Below are positions 35,594 through 50,803 of a DNA stretch of 64,000 bases, one piece after another; the first letter of the stretch is position 1, and every line of letters begins with the position of its first letter. The stretch spans positions 3,417,154-3,481,153 of the forward strand of contig CM082598.2 of the NCBI GenBank assembly GCA_040954595.2. Direction: 5' to 3'. Both the position numbers and the translations under genes were made by a program. Below the pieces are notes generated by a model that saw only the letters and a program-made list of their open reading frames with translations, had not been told where the DNA came from and ran no database searches. The stretch is from Balanoglossus misakiensis (Eukaryota; Animalia; Hemichordata).

Positions 35594-36599
35594 AGAAATA
35601 TTTATGAGGTGGGGTAACATTTTTGGGAGGGAGGGGGTGTTTGGGGGATGTGGGGTATTAGTGTGTATGTCAATTCATACAGATAAAGGAAGTTATCTTT
35701 GCTGGAACTCATCTGGGGAGACTCGTAGAAGTTGCTCACACACACAAATGGGAGGGCCTTGCATACATGCCAGCACTATGCTACCAGATTTTACAAACGG
35801 CCAGCATTTACATGGTATTTTGTTTTACCCCCTTGCATGTAAACCCTTGCATGACCCGAGAAGGCTAATGCTTGCATATATCAAACACAACAGTCAAACA
35901 TAGGCACAGCTACATGCATTCACACATTCTTACACCAGCACTTGCGTAGCTTGTATGAAACTTATGTTGCAATTCAGCTAAGTTCATGTCATCAGTGAGA
36001 GATACTTCAGTGGCACAAGATAATGCAAATGATTTTGCGTAGTAGTTGGCATGATTTCACGCTACAGCGAGATGTTCTCTAGACCGGAGTACATATGTGT
36101 ACGCGATGTTAACATATTTCTGAAGTAATTTTTACCTAGCCCTTTACAAACTCTATTAGTATTCACAGTCCGCCTTAAGTATTTCATAAAAACAGGTTCC
36201 AACAAAATTTTGATGTACAGCAACAATCTTATAGGCTGCATCTGGTCAGTCCTGAGTGTACCTCGTTGATGACAGCACCCCCAACTGAAAAATATTTGCG
36301 CTTCAGCTGTCTGTGAACTTTTGTACAAAGTTTTATCCTCTTAACCATCCCCTTTCATGTTTAAAAATCTAATTATTTTCTTTGAAAATTCATCAAACAG
36401 TTTCAGAGACTGAAGAAATACTTTTAAATATAATTTTCATAACATTTACAATGTAATCTTGAGAACTCAAACGTAATGAAAAATACCAGATATGTCTGGT
36501 AACTTCTAGTCAGAAGTTTAAACTTTCAAAATAGTTTCTCTTTCTTAACATACTTTTGTTTATTTCTAAAAGCTGCATGTTTTCCCATTTATTATTTTC

Positions 36600-36826
36600 A
36601 TTTACTTTTGTTAATTTTGAAAATAGACATAATGTATTTCCTTTATTGATTTATTTTGTTTTGTTTATTTTGAAAACGGACATTTATTTCTTTTTATTGA
36701 TTTTGTTTTCTTTTGTTTATTTTGAAAATAGATAATGTATTTCCTTTCTTGATTTATTTTCTTTTGTTTATTTTGAAACCGGACATTTATTTCTTTTTAT
36801 TGATTTTGATTTCTTTTGTTTATTAT
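36600..36826. repeat. AT-rich ~50-bp tandem repeat with alternating A/B units (~100-bp higher-order repeat)
   Basis: TTTTGTTTATTTTGAAAATAGA(CA)TAATGTATTTCC alternates with TTTTGTTTATTTTGAAA(A/C)CGGACATTTATTTC. Confidence 0.8.
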
Positions 36827-38497
36827 AAAAAAAACTTGACATATCGTACCATCTCGGTGTACCAGCAAGCATTTATGGCTTGTCATAGATAAGCTAGCCT
36901 ACATGAGATGAGGCTAGACTCAAACCCTAAGACATAAACCTGTCACCATCTCTATAGTGAAACCACCCCTCAACACAAATATGCACACGTTAATTAAAAC
37001 AGTTACAACTATCACACACAAGCTCTTGTGTACTGTTTAAAAATGGTTTATCTGGGTAAAAAGACCTAGGCAAGTTTTGGATGAAAATTGTTCAACAAGA
37101 TATGATGAATCATGAAGGCTGCACCAATCCCTGTCAAGAACATACAGTTTCTTTGAATGTGAAATATTTTCTTTTGATTTTGTTTTTAATTTCAGTCTTA
37201 TTTTGTTTTGTTTATAACTTTTGATTTAGTTTCAATCAATGTACATTTATCAGTTTTGATTAAAATATACTGCAGCCACTTAGATATATATTGTTTGTGA
37301 TGTTATTGTCCCTATCCCCTGTCTCCCCTTGCAAGTATATTTCTTGCATAGCTTGGACTGTATTAAGATACACTTTGCAGTTCTTTGTCAATAAACTTAA
37401 AGTAAAAAATAAATAAACTTTCGTGACTGGTGATATATTTCTGAACTTACTGCACCAAACAGAGTGAACCATACCGTAAATACGAGACATATAAAAACAC
37501 TGTTCCAAATTGATGTAACTAAGACAGTACTGACCTCATAACAGTACTGCATTAAAAGACCTGGAACAGTTTGTTAAACTTTGTTGCCAATGAGCATATT
37601 TTTATTGATTTATTTATTTATTTCAAGCGCAATCAGTTCATATGTGGTTTCTAAATAAATATTTCATTTCTCAAAAGTACCATGTGTAGATTGCATTTTT
37701 ATTCAACGGCACATTTTCTGAGTAGACTTTACTATAGGAAAATCCTTTATGTATTCACAGGAGTCCTGTATATATCCCCACAGATCAACCTGGAACAGTG
37801 AGAGCACCATAGATACTACAAGGATCTGTCTTCTGTGGTTTCAGCATACTAGCAAGTCGCATTGTTTGGTCAGGTAAACATATACAGTTCCCCTTATTTT
37901 ACTACACATAATTGTCTTTAAATGCATGACTATTAATACTACATCCATTTCATGGTACGGTATTTTACTTACATTGAACTGAACTAAAAGTACCTCATCT
38001 GATGGCATTTTCTTGATAAGAAAAAAAGTTCAAACTGACAGAAACTAGCAATCGGGGGATCTGTACAGTACTTTGGTAAAACTACACGTCATTTTGGCGC
38101 CAATTAGATTTGACTGTGAAACTAGGTCATCACATACCAGCTTTACCTTAAAATACGATTATTATCGGCAACCAGTACTGTTCATGGAATATTCCTGGCA
38201 GCCAATGTGCGTGCGTGATGTATTCCACTCAATCAAGCTTTAATCGCATGAGCGAGTTCTTCCATGTTTTGTCTTCACAAAATTAAGGAAGAGTAATTTG
38301 CGGTGATGATTTCGCAATAATGTCAGTCGCATCCTTTATAGTTTCCACGACCCCGAGGGAATAATTTCGTGATTACGTCAAAATAATGCCAGATGCAGAT
38401 ACCTGAGGATATGTATATCTTTGAATCGGTGTTATAAAATTGAGGTTATTACAGGTTTCGAGGTAAAGCAAAGTCTGTATACACAAAAAGACGTTAA

Positions 38498-39483
38498 GGT
38501 AGTTGGAAAGGCTAGGGCGTCAGTTAAAATTTCATTTAAAAACACTGAATTTATATCTAGAAATGTATTAGAGAAAAATTAAACTCATAAAAAATTCGGG
38601 GCAATAAACGTGTAACAAGATATGGCTGGTTTTATGATACCTAATTTCATTCATCTGGCAAGGAAGCTAGGGAGCCTTATTTGAGCGCCCTCTAGGGGAA
38701 GACTTCTCCTAGGCTATGCGCACAAGGACGGGTTCCCCTAGCCAAGGGCATTTAAATGTAACTTGCAAACACTGATTCTTGCAATTTTCAACGATAGATA
38801 ACCTTGCTTGTTTATTAAAGGCTGCCAAATTATGGACATTTTTGCATTTCTAGGGAACCCGAAAAGCCAGCAGAAAAGCGTTTGACCCAGATAAATGCGA
38901 TCCTTCGCCGTGAACTGCCGCTAAACTTTGCGTATTTCGCTACTTTTCTGCCCTTCGCCATAATGTAATGGTTTTTATTTGTGATTGAATAGGTATGCCA
39001 GATATTTTTTTTATCATGAAACTTTCAGGAAAGGCTCGGGACATCCCAAAGAACAATTTTACGGGACAGTTTTTTCATAAGTTTTCCCGTTGTGTTTTGG
39101 CAGCACGTTAAAGTTGTATACAAAATATCAACAAAAACTGTGTTTTCCTGAGTGATAACTTTGAAAAAAATAAGTTTTTGCTGAAAGTGTCCCATACATT
39201 GCTGGAGGGGTCGCTTCATATTAAAATGAATACAAATTATTCAATAATTTGTGAAAACATGTCAAGATTCAATCAATATTTTGTAAAATTATGAATATTT
39301 ATATTTAGGCGTATCAAATTTCATAATTTTAGCAGATATTTTTACAGTCATATTTTTCGCTCACTTTTTAGTTTGTTAAGAACACATGCTGCAAATTTCA
39401 AGTCATTATCTTTATTCTAACTTGTGAAAATAAATTCACAAACATTGAGAGAATTTGCTTCAAAAATAGCCTTTCCAACTACC
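38498..39483. mobile_element. Non-autonomous Kolobok-like DNA transposon, 986 bp
   Basis: TTAA|GGTAGTTGGAAAGGCTA ... TAGCCTTTCCAACTACC|TTAA: perfect 17-bp TIR, TTAA duplication, RR...YY termini; no transposase ORF. Confidence 0.88.
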
Positions 39484-41996
39484 TTAATATGTCATATCGC
39501 ATTTATAAGATAATGTAACAAACATTCGTATAGGCAAAGGAAACGCATCCGTGCAATTTGATGACCATAGAAAGCAAATGAATGGAAAACTTGTGTTGCC
39601 ATGGATTTTGTTGCATAGATACAACACAGCTAGTACACATCATGAACTATATCTGGTCAATTCTTTGTAAACTCCCACGTCAAACAGGTGTACATACAAC
39701 TGATGCATGAACCATAACGTTGAGAACAGACATCCCGATATGTGCCATTCTGACATGACGTTTTAATTTGTGGAATAAATTTTATCTTGGTGTCAGAAGT
39801 TAGCTGGGAGTGGACCTATAAATTTTTTTATGACTTGCATCAAAATATACGCATACTAAGAGCATACTTTTTCCTGCTATGTTTCAAAATGTGCATTCGT
39901 CGAGCTCGTCTTTAAGAAAGGTTACACCTGCCATGGTTTAATGGATAATGGATGGTTGGACAGATGGACAGACAAATATACAGCCAGCTGGCCAAACATG
40001 CAGAAAAACAAATAGACGGACAGTCACAGATGGACTGACAGATAGACAAAGACAGACACAGAAAGAGAATACCGGTACCTGGAGATTTGACACAGAGAGT
40101 TAATATTGCACTAGCCTTTGACGTGTGCTTTTCACTATATGTAATAAAATGCTTTAATAGGTCATTTTATTACCAAACCATCACCATAAACCGTTGCGAA
40201 TTACTGGGAAGATAAGCTCAAATGAAGACAGCAACGAATTGGTAGCTTGGAAGTCGAACACTAGGCATAAATCTTTCTAGAAATCCATAAAAAATCGGTC
40301 GTCTCCTTCTCGTGAGACATCAATCTTCCACACTTTTCATAATACGGTTGTCCTATCACTGCCGTAAACAGCAACATCATCGTCGTGTATTTCCGCTGTT
40401 AAAACAGTAGAAGATGGGATTTTGTGCTCCGTAAAACACATGCCACTTTCTGTTCACCCGCTGCGTTTGGTTATGCAGGTTTTATGACTATTGCAACACT
40501 GTCTTTATGAACTGGCACGGATAATATAGATAAGACCGGCACCCTTTATCAAACACGCGATATCGCTTGCGTCATTGCGACGGACCAAAGCATTGGAAAC
40601 ATTAACACAATCTTTCACTGTTAGTGTTTTATTTTCTCACATGCTGTCCCACCCAATTCTGACATCAAATTGAAGTGTCCTAACTTTATTTGTATTTCTT
40701 GGATGCAAAATCTGTCAGTAAAAAGAATAAGAATTCACTTTAAAGAACATTTGTTTCATTCTAAGTTCCAAAGTAATAAGTGTAACCCACAAACAAACTT
40801 GTCAACTTTTACAATTAACATGTGCCAAGAACAAAAGGTTCCATTCTATCATGTAAAGTTTGTTCATGTTTTATTGTCAGTTGTTTTGGGCAGAGTTTTA
40901 CGTCTCCATAGTTTGCAAGTCAAACTGACACAACATGTTCTGCTTTTCCAAATGCAGTCGGTACTTAACCATTGGTAATTAATTAAGTTATAAGCGGTTT
41001 CAATGTAATTGTAAACCACATGTTTACATTTGTACCAGTAGTTGAATTTAACATGTACAAACATGTTAAAATGCTGTCGAGACATACTTCAACAGGGTTT
41101 CAAGGATATAAAGTGTAAATTGAAATATTATAACATGTACCTAAATTTAGAAATCATTCATATTTAATATAATAGGTAAGCTCTGTAAAGTACAGGTTAG
41201 AAAAAGTTTGATTGGAAATAAAAAAGGACATGGTGAAGTTAATAAAATTGTGCAAGACCCGTAATATTACCAACATGCCTCAAGAGAAATAAGTGGCAAG
41301 GTGTAAATTAAAACATGTTTAAATTAATACTGTATTTCAAAATAGCTTAGGTCATGGTTCAGTCTCAACTAAGCTTATTCGTTGAAATTCGCACCACGAA
41401 GGAATGATTCAGATACTTATCATGCGTGATGTAAGGGTCTTCTGTTTGATAAGAACGAGGAAACAAACAAGCGATAACAATGTAATCTATATCACCTTGA
41501 CGACAGGATACTGTTTAACGATTTACATCTATGCATTTGAAGATTATTTTCTATGCAATGTAATTTATGAACAAAAGCTGCGTTGAGTACCCGCAGGTTA
41601 TCAGTCTGTGGCGGATTATATTCTCCGCTGTGTTTTGATCTATGCACCGATTTGGGGGTTGTGCATTCTGGTTTGCCGACGCGCCGTTGCCTGTAACAAC
41701 GCTGTTCCGGTTGGGGCCGGGGTTCCCCCAGAGAGCGGATCCTCCAACCCCAGCAAACGGAGCCAAGTTGCCACCTCTCTCCAGGGGGCGTGAGCGATCG
41801 CGCTGGGACAGCCAGAAAGGTGATTGCGCTATAGCTCCCTCAGTTCTGGTGGTGTGTGTTTGTGATGCGAGTGGACAATTGCACTACTTCATGTGTATAC
41901 ACCGCAAGATTTCACCACAGTGGTGACGGAGGGAGTTCAAGATTTATCTTCGCCAATTCACTGGAGCGTTAGCGCGACACTACCTTAACAGAAACC

Positions 41997-42036
41997 ATGA
42001 TATTTTCTCTTCTAATGGTATTCAGCGTGGTCACGG
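41997..42036 (+). CDS. Isolated first coding exon encoding a signal-peptide N-terminus (MIFSLLMVFSVVT-G); probable exon 1 of the PAN-EGF-Sushi-EAR gene at 55160
   Basis: Kozak-like AAACCATGA, hydrophobic peptide, donor G|GTAAGA in phase 1, preceded by a GC-rich promoter-like island (~41600-41950). Confidence 0.55.
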
Positions 42037-45000
42037 GTAAGAACATCCTTGTACATTCAACCATAATGCTCTGATAGACTCAACTGCTACTTAACTTAGG
42101 CCTATAGAAATTTCCTGTTTTTCAAGAACTTTTAACAATTCAGAGAACTAAATGATATCTGTGAAAGTGTACTAGCCAAACATACTCCATCATAGTACAT
42201 AGGGATTAGTGCTTTGGACATAGAAATGACAGACATGCAACGTTTAATCAATACAGCTTCAACGGTGGCTTTACTTGCATGGTGAATGTATCACTTTTGA
42301 TGGCTTAGATGAGCTTAAATCTGATATCAAGGAAATGGTGGTTCATATGCAATAGAGCGATGCGGCTTTCTGTACAGTTGATTTAATTATGGCTGCCAAA
42401 GCTTACCGCCTGCTTTTGTTCGTCCTTGGCTTTTATTTTGTCGTGATTTCTCTTAACGAGACCCGTCCTACAGCAATTGAAGCGAGTGTCGCACCTCCTA
42501 AACAATTGAATCCACCAGTCTCACATATTCCCTTTTATCAATACGTTTAGCACAGCAAGGAAGCTTGCAACTAGCTACCCCTTCATTCACATTTCCAACC
42601 TCAGCAAAAATATTTGAGGATACGAAAGACACATTCACCATCCAGGATCGTGTGATACACTGCAAAGAGACAAAAACCAGGAGATTTCTTAATCAAAAAT
42701 CATTGATTTAAGTCCAAACATACAATCTTAACGTAAACTTCAAACATTTAGTTGTAAAAGTTTGATCTCTGTCAGAAGTGCCAAATGACGGCGTCTTATC
42801 GTTGTTCTTATAATAACTATTAATTATTGAGATCACCCCTTAGTTCACCATGCATATCATTGACAGAAGATTTAGGCGGTTCAGTAATGAAAAATCTTGA
42901 GAAAACCAGAGCTTGCTGAGTTTATGGATTCTAGTCATACCAAAGACCAATCCTTCACAAACACATAATGCAATGTTTAATGCTGTAGCGTGTTCATGGT
43001 ATTTTCAGTCTTACAACCTACTAGAAATCGTGAAGCTTTCCATCGTCATTGCAAAAATCCTGGGATTATCCTTTCAAAGGTCTGTGATGGGTGACTGTAG
43101 CTTTCTGTGGCATTTTCTCCACAGAATTTTATACAGAGAGGCTAATTCACTTCATGATGGTTATACGGTACTATCAAATTGTACCTTGTGGACAGGATCA
43201 CAATAAAAGTATTTTACTCAGTGCACAATGAATTTAATTACCGGTAATATAGTTTATTATTTGACATAAATAACAGTTCTATCTCAGTAGTCCAGAAGTA
43301 ATTTTAAGATCACTTGAGAAATCACATCAGATTGCAAATTCACACAAAAATTGTTCCTTAGAACTCCTCACTTCAGATATTAGTTATAAATTATGGATTC
43401 ACTGAAACTTTTTCTCAGGGATATTCCCACCAGTTTACCGTACACCCTGTTGGGGGCTAAGTGTCCAAATAGTTTGCATTCGTATTAAACAGAACTTGAA
43501 AAGAACTGCTGTCTTTCTGGCCAATAATGTGTGCCTTTCAGTGATTGTGAGTGAATTGGTTGGAAGCAATTATTCTTGCTCTGAGTTTTCCAATCATTTA
43601 TTGAAGTCTGCAATGTAGTGTGATATTAATGGAGCAATGAAAGAAAGACATGAGGTGGGTTGGTCGGTTGAGGAGGAGGAGGAGGAGACAGACAGACAGA
43701 TTGAGACAGAAATACAGAGGGAGTGAGTGAGCAGCCCTGTGAAATATGGTGATATTATTACGCTATTAAATTTTGCAGTTTAGTTCACTCACAAAATTAT
43801 CCCACTGTATGTCTAATCAAGAAGTTACTGGTTTGCATTCCAGTCATTATGGGAACAGACAGTGCAAAAGAGTCTCAAAGTATCGGGGACATGTTATTAT
43901 CCCGGCCTCCTTCAAACTGTCACTTGAGCTGAGCACGGCACGTCATTGTTCAAAATCTGAGCACACGACACGCGTCGTTGAAGTAACTGATGAATTTCTC
44001 AATTTGAAGTCACGGTGCAAGATTGCTTTTATTGCTCACACTCTAATAAAACTCGTATCATGTCATGGACGTTCATTTAGACTTATAATCATTTGTTGCC
44101 AATTCAGTGTGTGCAATGGCACTCACTGGACAGGCAACAGATGATCAACAGTTCTATCCTCACACTTTGTTTTGGATTAGAGATTTGATGAGACACTTCA
44201 TATGATTGGCAGTTGTATGCAGAAGCTGTGCCCTCTGACTCTTGCATTCTTATTGCGATGGTGTCTCGGTGTGTCAGTTCACCTAACACCCCAAATTAAA
44301 TTCTACACATAAGGTAAAATCAAACTTCTAATGGACACGTCAATCACTCCTTTGAAAGCCTTGTCTAAGGATAATTTGGAAAAAAATTGTCACGCAGTTA
44401 TGCAGGTAATTTTGATACCTGTCTCCCATTTTTTTATGAACTCCCATTGGCTTGTATGGTCAGACTGAGCTTAAGGTATTGACGTAGCAATGTAGTTGGT
44501 ATTTTGAGTTTTTGTTTTCTAGAGTTAGACATTTTTAACTATATAAATGGGTTTAATAATATTAGTGTATGTTGAATACTAGGTGCCTGTGCCTCGCCAA
44601 AGATCTCAAAATACAAGATATATGGAAAAAACTGTGAGGACGGTGCTGAAATGTGTATGGATTTACAACAGGTAGTGGTTATGTGCAGCATCCCACATAA
44701 AGTTAGCATAAAGTTTTGACAAACTTTTTGGAACATTATTCGAGTGTGCAGAAAAAGTTTTCAAAAGGTTACAAATAAGTGGCCATTTGACCAGTTTCAT
44801 TAATGCTCAGCAAATAGCTATAATTGAACCTTAGCTACCGCATAGCAATATCAAGCCAATTGCTCTTTTTCTCAGTTATGAAAATAATCATTCCATATGT
44901 GATACAGAAATACTATACTTCACTTCAATAAAAAAAACGACACATGCCGGTATGTGATTACTACCCTGGAAAAATCCTTTAATAAGAGAGCAATTGGAAA

Positions 45001-48000
45001 CATCTGCGCTACAGAATACAAACAAGTTGTGCATTTCGCAGTAGAGAAAACCTCAGATGCTGTATATTTAAAGTCATGATGGCTTTTTGAAAAGGGAACA
45101 GAGGTGATGGACACCATTTGTGTTGCAATCCTGCTGCAGTACGGTGTAATCGGAAATCGTTGGTGCGAAGTAAGGGGCATAAGGCTCATTACGCCCCTAA
45201 ATTGTAGCATTTTATTAAAAAATGAGATAACACAATTAAGTCTAATGTAGTCCACTTTCAGATGGTGGAACATTGTGCCCTTTCAGTCAGCGAATATTGA
45301 CAATGATCCCTCGCACGAATGATTTACTCAGGCAATTTTGCTGGGCATGATGACCATGGGTCTATTCAGCTAATCAGATGGTACAGCTCACAAATTCAAA
45401 CGCCAGCGCTTTTCAGTTGTATGCGCGCATCGGTTGCCAAGGTGAAGCCAATATATATGTTGTTATACACTTTGTCGAATGTATTGTTCGGATAATTGGG
45501 AGAGTCCTGTCTGAGCGGTAATTTGAGAAAACCGATTACTTTGGATCAGTAATTTTAGTTAACAGCGTGTGAGCAACCGCTGTCGTATTGGGTAATGTTT
45601 GTCAAAATCGCCATTGATTAAGACAGCAATTCCATCTGGAACTATTTCTAAAAGACGATATCCTGTCGTTATGTCCAACCCTCGGGTTGTTTTTCTTACG
45701 CAAGGCTTGCAAATCAATCGTCTTAATAGCCTCAGTGAGCACCGGGAATGCTGTGCTAGGCAATTCAATTTTTCTGTGGTAGTCTTCAATTTAGATCTCA
45801 ACAACTTTTTATCTGGAAATGGGTTAGATGCAACGCGGAATAACATCCACATAAACATAAATACGTTTGAAAATCATTAAAATTCCCTGTTTTCTATTAA
45901 AGAGCTGTGTGCCGTGGTCTGCTTACAACATCAACCCATTGCAGATGGACCTTCAGTGCATGTGAAATCTAAAATACTGTCCAAAATATGTAATGCTACC
46001 CAAGTAGGATACATGTTGTGTAATAGGAATTCACTCTGAGGGACTGTGGAATATTTTATTTTCACTGGAATTTAATTTTGCTGAAAACAAAAAAGATGAC
46101 TATTACTGAGATTTTATATGTGGTACATGTGGTTAAGTGTTGATTAGTACAGACGATGTGTATGCATCATGTCCAGTGGTCGGCCTGGCCTGTTCACCTA
46201 TTAAAATTAAGAGCAAGTTACAGGGCAGTATGCATAAGGTACCAATTTTGATAAGGCAAAATGCAACAGGCCTGTCTATTTGATTATGCATGTGGGCTGT
46301 GGGTTACAAGAACCGTTAAATTGAATTTTGATTCCGCCTGAATTGTGTCATATGATGCAATTAAAGTCTTGTAGGATGACCTAGTCACACATTTGTGTGA
46401 CAAATCGTACACCTGTCACAGCAATTTTCTCTGTTTCTTTTAAATGTGCGTGTGCTTCAATTTCATTAGCGCGGTTACTTCCTGCAATTTGTTAGACGTT
46501 GCGTGGAGTCTGAGTCAATTGGTGGGACCTTGTTCAGTGTCCTTGCCGGTAGGTTCACCCTCCACAGGGGCTGCTGTAGAATACATGGCGCCAGTAGCAG
46601 TCAATAAAAGCCAACTTTCAGTATTCAATAATTTATCATAGATTTAAGTATAATATACAGTGTGCGGGAAAGTGAATTTGATATATATCTGCAACTTGAG
46701 CCATAAATTACATAACATATCAAGATCCTACTGACTGATGTCTCGTCTGAGAAAGTGCTAGTTAAATTCACATACATGAAATACGTTTTGCTATGTTCTA
46801 CGGAAACTTTTGCAAAGTGTTTCCAACGATCACTGTGTGATTCATATCGACAGTTAAACCATATATGGATTAGATGCATTGATTTACGACGTCTAAATCT
46901 GTTAGGAAGGGGACACAATTGAAAAGCATATAAAAAAGGATTCATAGATTTTTCTACGTGATGTGCGGCAAAATATAAATCTATCATCTTTCCTTGTAAA
47001 GATTTGTCAATTTAAAACCAGAGAGAGAAATACCTCTAAGCGTCAACAGACTAGTTGCAAATCACGTATCTGGAGCAGGTGTTGAAATTGATTAGATGTT
47101 AAACAATAGTGAAATCAATAAGACACGTAGAAGACTACAGAAATCGATAAAACTTGTTTTCGTCCATTGAAAATCTCATCTTGGGTAGATCTTACGGCGT
47201 TAATGTTGTTTCTTAACCCTCCTAAATCGTTAATGATCACTTTGTTAAGTAAGTTTAAATGTATTATCGACGCAGATTGTTTGATGGATGTGTTTAGATC
47301 GCAATCGGATATTTAACCCTTGAGGAATAGTAATACCATGCATTTCACGCTGTTTCATTTTACCTGTGTCACAATCGTTCAGATGGAGTTTGCTTATGAG
47401 ATATAGACCAATGATATGTGTTGGGGAAAGGTTTATGGTATGGATCCAGTACTGGGTAATATATCTGACTTTAATATGAATGTAAAATATTTTTGCCTTT
47501 TTTCAATAATTCAGACTTAGGACACTTAATATTTTTCCTGATAGGTACAATTTAATTTTCAGGTAAGAATATTTTATAATATCCCAAGCAAGCTGAGTGC
47601 TGAGCTGTTCTAAGAAAATCATCATTAGCATCTAATGATTTTGTCATCATTTATCACTGTAAGCGTTTGGTCAAGCGAGGAACGCGAAAAACAACCGCTG
47701 TATTGAACATGCAGTTCCACACATTCCTTATGGTCTCTCAGCTGCAACCATAGCAACGGCACAGATTCACACATAATTGGTTTCATTGATTTTGTGTCAA
47801 AATCACAAATGGAATTCCTGTGGTACAGGTACAGGATGTTCCAAATTCATCAACTATGCGGAAACTTTTCAGACAAAAAAACTGTCATGGATGTAATTAA
47901 GTCATCTTTGCATACAAATTAACAATATTTTGATATGCACAGACTAGAAGCTAGGATTACTATGAGAAGTACATTGTTTGTCCTTCATGTTCCTTACTTG

Positions 48001-50727
48001 TACCTTAATTACTCGACAGAGTGAGTGCTATAAGCTCAATAAGTGTTGCCGACAACAATATTCATCGGAAAAACAGGCACTTGGTTGCACATTACAGTTT
48101 CAGGTTTCAAAGCACATGTTTACAGAGAGCTTTTGACCTGAGTCCTTGTAAAAGTACTATTAATTACATTCCACACTTTAAGTGTCAGCGTCAACACTAA
48201 TACTTTAATAATACTAAACTCATTCCGACTACTCTAAATCCCCATTGTTCCCATCGTAAGAAACACAAAGACACTGGCTGTAGCACCGTGCGGCTAACTG
48301 TACTGAGGGACATACGAAACCCATTCAATTCTCCGCTATATTAAAAAATTTTCCAGAGTCATTTCCAGAAAAGAATGCAATACAGGTACCCATCACCTAG
48401 TGAAAGAAAAGCAATATGTGCAGTTTTTCTTAAAAGAGTGAAATACATACTCAAAATATTGGCAGATTTGATATTAACTGATTTTCCAACACAAAAACAA
48501 CCATTGATTGGAAGTGTTGTGTTTAATTTAAACAGATATTAGTTTAATGTTTCCTAGAAATAATGCAAAATTGAAGTACATGTATTTTTTTCATAATTAT
48601 TTTCTACATCTAACCATCATTATGCCTCTGGTTTGGGTAAAGTAATAAAGCACCGTCAAAAAAGATGTTATTGAAGGATTTGAACATTTGTATGATGAAT
48701 TTGTGTGATGAAAAAAGAGAATATGTAATGGCTGAAAGTATATAACTGACGGCGATAAACAAGCATGCCAGAGCACATGTTAAAGTGTAACTGAATATTA
48801 GTTATAATCGTTGTTAGACGAAGAAAGCTGCGAATTGCATGATGGAGGTCGAACAGCAGAGGACATTGCAGTAATTTATTAAATATGATGGATGCAAAAT
48901 TCAAAAGAGGAGAAAGGTTGTCCATATGGTGAATGTATTGTTTGTGTGTACTTTTGTGGGGAAAAATTAATGAATAATGTATTGGACAGCAATATTTGCA
49001 TAATCCTTTAACTATCTTTCATGTCATTCTGCACATTAAGTCTTGTGGTGATAAATAGTAGTTTAGCAAAAAAAGACCTGTGCTTTCAACAACTATAATA
49101 ATTTGTGTATATCCATCTGCGATTATCGTAGCATTGCATTCTTGTGTCACTTATAATCCCCATTTTAACCTCAACAGTTCACTGCTAACCCACTTATAAT
49201 CAGTGAACAACACTCTTGTTATTCTCATCACGAATACTAAATTTGTTATATTCCTTCATCAAACTAATTCATGTCCATTGAGTTAATCCTATGACCCAGA
49301 CGAAAATATTATGCAATTGCCAAATTAATACTGTGACAACAAATCATTTCCGGGCGATGATTACACTTTAACCCCTGTAAGAGATATTTAATGATTGACA
49401 AAATAAATATTAGATGTTAGCAAATGAGTCTCATTTTTCATAAATGTGGCCATTACTGTTTTGCTGTGGTAAACCATTATTTACAGCAACTAATGTGAAG
49501 GATGTTCTTTCAGACGAAAGACGCAATTTAGAGGTTGACTGAATAGATGATAGATGTTGGAGACCTTGGAGCTGATTTATATTAAGGTGTGGAGAATTCC
49601 CTTAGTCCCTCCAACCAACTCTGTTGAATGGAATGCTCTTTATGAGAGATATGTTTTGAATTTTTGAATTCAGGAGTACCTTACGAAAGTTTATTCTCAG
49701 TGGCATTAATGCTTAGTCGGAAGAATGAAAACAGACGGGTTAGGGATTCAAACTCTTTCACGCTGTACTGAAAATAAGCTGAATGTGTGTTGTCGCTGCT
49801 TTTGAATAAAAATGTCCCATTTCATGTACCATATGTCGGTAATTGATAAACGATATGTAATTGCCAAAACTGCACTCTCTTGATGGGCACATGCCATCCA
49901 AGGTGATGGCAGTGTTAATAGTGTAATCTTGACCCAATATGTGAAGCATTTGCAGGAATAAAAAACATTCTTCCTAATTGACAGGTTTTAAAGAAAAACA
50001 TCTTCTTCACACAAGAAGAAAAAGTTTCACAATTAATGAACCCCATATAGCAAGATGCATAAGATACAAAAATAGTGTGTTAAAAATTGTCGCTGAGTCT
50101 ATATGTAGACCTGTATATATATAGCGCTTCATGTAAGTTTACTGAACAATTTTACTCTCCTTACTACCATGGTAATCTGGAGGATGTATTACGTTATGGA
50201 TTAAACGTGATCAGGATTTTTCTGTGAGCAGTTTAATAAGCAGTTGAACCAATAAGTACAGAGCAAGACAAAATAGCCAACCTGACACACCTTGCAACCA
50301 GCTTTATCAGTGAATCTGCACATTCAGTAATTATGAACCAGATATGAATTAAATAGGCTCCCATGTTTTTGTAAAGGGTTGAGACTTATGTGAATGATTT
50401 TGTACGAAAATGCCAAATGCAAAATTATTTGTGTGTGAACACGGGAGCTAAAACTAGCGACCAGACAAAGCTGAGAGGAATTGTAGGCAAATAATGTAGA
50501 CATGTAAACAGACGTTAACGATCTCGTGTCCAGGAAGTGCAGTGATATTGGAGTGACAGTAAACCATCATTATTACAAGAACGGTCTGTAGTTAGTGTCG
50601 CTGCTTGATGTCAAGTAAAAGTCTCAAATAATTCAAGCATTGAATATATAAACGTAAAACGAAATAAAAGTGCATGGCTCGCTTCTGCATGTTAATTGCC
50701 ATTGCGACGATACCGTTTAAATTAAGT

Positions 50728-50728
<1 letters not shown>

Positions 50729-50800
<72 letters not shown>
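50729..50800. repeat. (TATC)n microsatellite, about 18 units
   Basis: Perfect tetranucleotide run. Confidence 0.97.

Positions 50801-50803
<3 letters not shown>

Noticed and set aside
35403-35903. 166-aa plus-strand ORF
   Set aside because: Out-of-frame overlap of the last CHMP2A exon and 3'UTR; no domain signal
43773-46987. Cluster of 90-120 aa ORFs in the long non-coding region
   Set aside because: No recognisable domains, transposase/RT motifs or consistent exon chain; lengths are compatible with chance
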